Shown: one piece after another, positions 61,265 to 64,000 of the stretch
Position numbering within the stretch: the first letter of the stretch is position 1
How the letters are laid out: each line of letters begins with the position of its first letter
From: the human T2T-CHM13v2.0 reference genome, Homo sapiens
DNA: 64,000 bases
Direction: 5' to 3' (one strand)
Assembly (NCBI RefSeq): GCF_009914755.1
Contig: NC_060941.1
Program-made: the position numbers and the translations under genes
The notes under the pieces: model-generated
What the model was told of the DNA's origin: nothing
The model's database searches: none
Seen by the model: only the letters and a program-made list of their open reading frames with translations

Positions 61265-64000
61265 TTATATTGTTTGGCTGTGCCCCCACCCAAATCTCAT
61301 CTTGAATTGTAGCTTCCATAATCCCTATGTGTCATGGGAGAGACTCAGTGGGAGCTAATTGAATCATGAGTTGGGTTTTTCCCATGCTGTTCTCGTAATA
61401 GCGAATAAATCTCAGGAGATCTGATGGTTTTATAAAAAACAGTTCCCCTGCACATGCTTTCTTGCCTGCTGCCATGTAAGACATGCCTTTGCTTCTCCTT
61501 CACCTTCCACCATGATTGTGAGGCCTCCCCAGCCATGTGGAACTCTGAGTCCATTAAACCTCTTTTTCTTTATAAATTACCCAGCCTTGGGTATTTCTTC
61601 ATAGCAGTATGAAAATGGACTAATACAGCAAATTGGTACTGGTAGAGCAGGGTATTGCTATTAAGATACCTGAAAATGTGGAAGCAACTTTGGAACTGGG
61701 TAACAGGCTGTATTAGTCAGGGTTCTCTACAGGGACAGAACTAATAGAATATATATATATAATATATTAATATACATAATATATTATATATAATATATAT
61801 TCTGTAGAATATATTTATATGGGGGGGTTACTAAGTATTAACTCACACAGTCACAAGGTCCCACAATAGGTTGTCTGCAAGCTGAGGAGCAAGGAAAGCC
61901 AATCTGAATCCCAAAACTGAAGAACTTGAAGTGCAATATTTGAGGGCAGGAAGGGTCCAGCACAGGAGAGAGATGTAGGCTGGATGGCTAGACCAGTCTA
62001 GTCTTTTCACGTTTTTCTGCCTGCTTTATATTCTAGCCATGCTGGCAGCTGATTAGACAGTCTGCCTTTCCCAGCCCACTGACTCAAATGTTAAGGTCCT
62101 TTGGCAACACCCTCAGAAACACACCCAGTATCAACACTTTGCATCCTTCAATCCAGTCAAGTTGACACTCACTATTAATCATCACACAGGCAGAGGTATG
62201 AACAATTTGGAGGGCTCAGAAATAGGCAGAAAGATATAGGAAAGTTTGGAGCTTCCTTGTTGATTGGTTTTGATAAAAGAAGTCCAGGCCGCGGAGGTCT
62301 CAGATGGAGATGAAGGAGTTATTGGGAACTGGAGCAAAGGTGATTCTTGTTATGCTTTAGCAGAGCGGCTGGCAGCATTGTGCCCCTGCCCTAGAGATCT
62401 GTGGAACTTTGAACTTGAGAGAGATGATTTACAGTATCTGGCGAAAGAAATTTCTAAGCAGCAAAGCATTCAAGATATGACTTGGGTGCTGTTCAAAGCA
62501 TTCAGCTTTATTCATTCACAAAGATATGGTTTGGAATTGGAACTTTGTTTAAAACGGAAGCAGAGCATAAAAGTTCCAAAAATTTGCAGCCTGACAATGT
62601 GAAAAACCCATTTTCTAAGGAGAAATTCAAGCCAGCGGAAGAAATTTGCATAAGTAACAAGGAGCTAAATGTTAATCGCCAAGACAATGGGGAAAATCTC
62701 TCGAGGGCATGTCAGAGGTCTTCCCTGCAGCCCCTCCCATCACAGGTATGGAGGCCTAGTAGGAAAAAATGGTTTCATGGGCCGGGCCCAGGGCCTTGCT
62801 GCTTTGTGTAGCCCCGAGACTTGGTGCCCTGCATCCCGACCATGGCTAAAAGGGGCCAAAATACTGCTTAGGCTGTTGCTTCAGAGGGTAAAAGCCCCAA
62901 GCCTTGGCAGCTTACATGTGATATTAGGCCTGCAAGTCCTCAAGAATTGAGATTTGGGAACCTCTGCCTAGATTGCAAAGGGTGTATGGAAGTGCCTGGG
63001 TGTCCAGGCAGAGGTGTGCTGCAGGGGCACAGCTCTCATGGAGAACCTCTGCTAGGCCAGTGTGGAAGGGAAAATGGTGTCAGAGCCCCCACACAGAGTC
63101 CCCACTGGGGCACTGTGTAGTGGAGGTGTGAGAAGAAGGCCACAGTCCTCCAGACCCCAGAATGGTAGATCCACCTACAGCTTCCACCACACACCCAGAG
63201 AGGCCATAGACACTCAACACAAGCCTGTAAAAGCAGCTGGGAGTGGGGGCTGTACCCTACAAAACCACAGGGGCACAGCTGCCCAAGACCATGGGAATCA
63301 ACCTCTTGCATCTGCATTACCTGGATCTGAGACACAGAGTCAAAGGAGATCATTTTGCAGCTTTAAGATTTGAATTCCCCACAAGATTTCAGACTTTCAT
63401 AGGGGCTGTAGCCCCTTCATTTTGATCAATTTCTTCCATTTGGAATGGGCATATTTACTCAATGCCTGTACCCCCATTGTATCTAGGAAGTAACTAACTT
63501 GCTTTGACTTTACAGGCTCATAGGCAGAAGGGGTTTGCCTTGTCTCACATGAGACTTTGAACTTTGGACTTTTGAGTTAATGCTGAAATGAGTTAAGACT
63601 TCGAGGGACTGTTCGGAAGGCATGGTTGGTTTTGAAATGTGAGGACATGAGATTTGGGAGGGGCCAAGGGTGGAATGATATGGTTTGGCTGTGTCCCCAC
63701 TCAAATCTCATATTGAAGTATAGTTCCCATAATCCCCACATGTTGTGGGAGGGACGGGGTGGGAAGTGACTGAATCATGAGGGTGGATTTTTCCTGTGCT
63801 GTTTTCATGATAGTGAATAAGTCTCATGAAGTCTAACGGTTTTATAAAGGGCAGTTCCCCTACACATGCACTCTTGCCTGCCACCATGTAAAATGTACCT
63901 TTGCTCCTCCTTCATGTTCCACCATGATTGTGAGGCCTCCCAGCTATGTAGAATCATGAGTCTTTATAAACTGTCTTTTTTCTTTGTAAATTACCAAGTC
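61265..64000 (+). mobile_element. THE1 (THE1C/D-like) MaLR provirus: 5'LTR 61265-61627, internal region, 3'LTR from 63676 to the window end
   Basis: Two direct LTRs (tgatatggtttggctgtgtcccca...); internal begins gcaaattggtact; ORF remnant GNWSKGDSCYALAERLAALCPCPRDLWNFELERDDL. Confidence 0.93.
61709..62186 (-). mobile_element. MLT2A (HERV-L) solo LTR nested in the THE1 internal region
   Basis: tgtattagtcagggttctcta...gtcaagttgacactcactattaatcatcaca; perfect 5-bp TSD caggc; internal (TA)n. Confidence 0.92.

Noticed and set aside
62264-63425. Cluster of ~100-aa ORFs
   Set aside because: Broken remnants of the THE1 internal ORF.

Overview
This is primate genomic DNA, most likely human or great ape (it carries a near-intact AluYa4/Ya5-type insertion). 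It is non-coding, intergenic or intronic, and dominated by interspersed repeats. I find no credible protein-coding exon, RNA gene or CRISPR array; the recognisable ORFs in the track derive from L1, Alu, THE1-internal or microsatellite sequence, and the rest are short and featureless. Main content: two old L1PB-type elements in opposite orientation (545-7510 +, 25516-29233 mostly -), a nested stack of ancient L1M fragments (10.8-25.5 kb), about 20 Alus, Tigger/MER DNA transposons, MIR/L2 relics, several MaLR/ERVL/ERV1 LTRs and a THE1 provirus at the right edge. Most notable observations: (1) a TSD-flanked, polyadenylated ~590 bp composite retrocopy at 17847-18438 (L1PA 5'UTR + L1MA-like fragment + antisense Tigger1 + AATAAA + polyA), either a chimeric transcript retrocopy or an undescribed non-autonomous element; (2) a MER41B LTR with both GAS motifs intact, nested in a second ERV1 LTR that adds another GAS and two octamers; (3) a young Alu inserted antisense inside an older Alu; (4) an AT-rich palindrome grown inside an Alu tail; (5) a tailless Alu patch apparently copied from its neighbour. 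Subfamily names come from remembered consensus sequences and need RepeatMasker/Dfam confirmation. Boundaries of old repeats are approximate.
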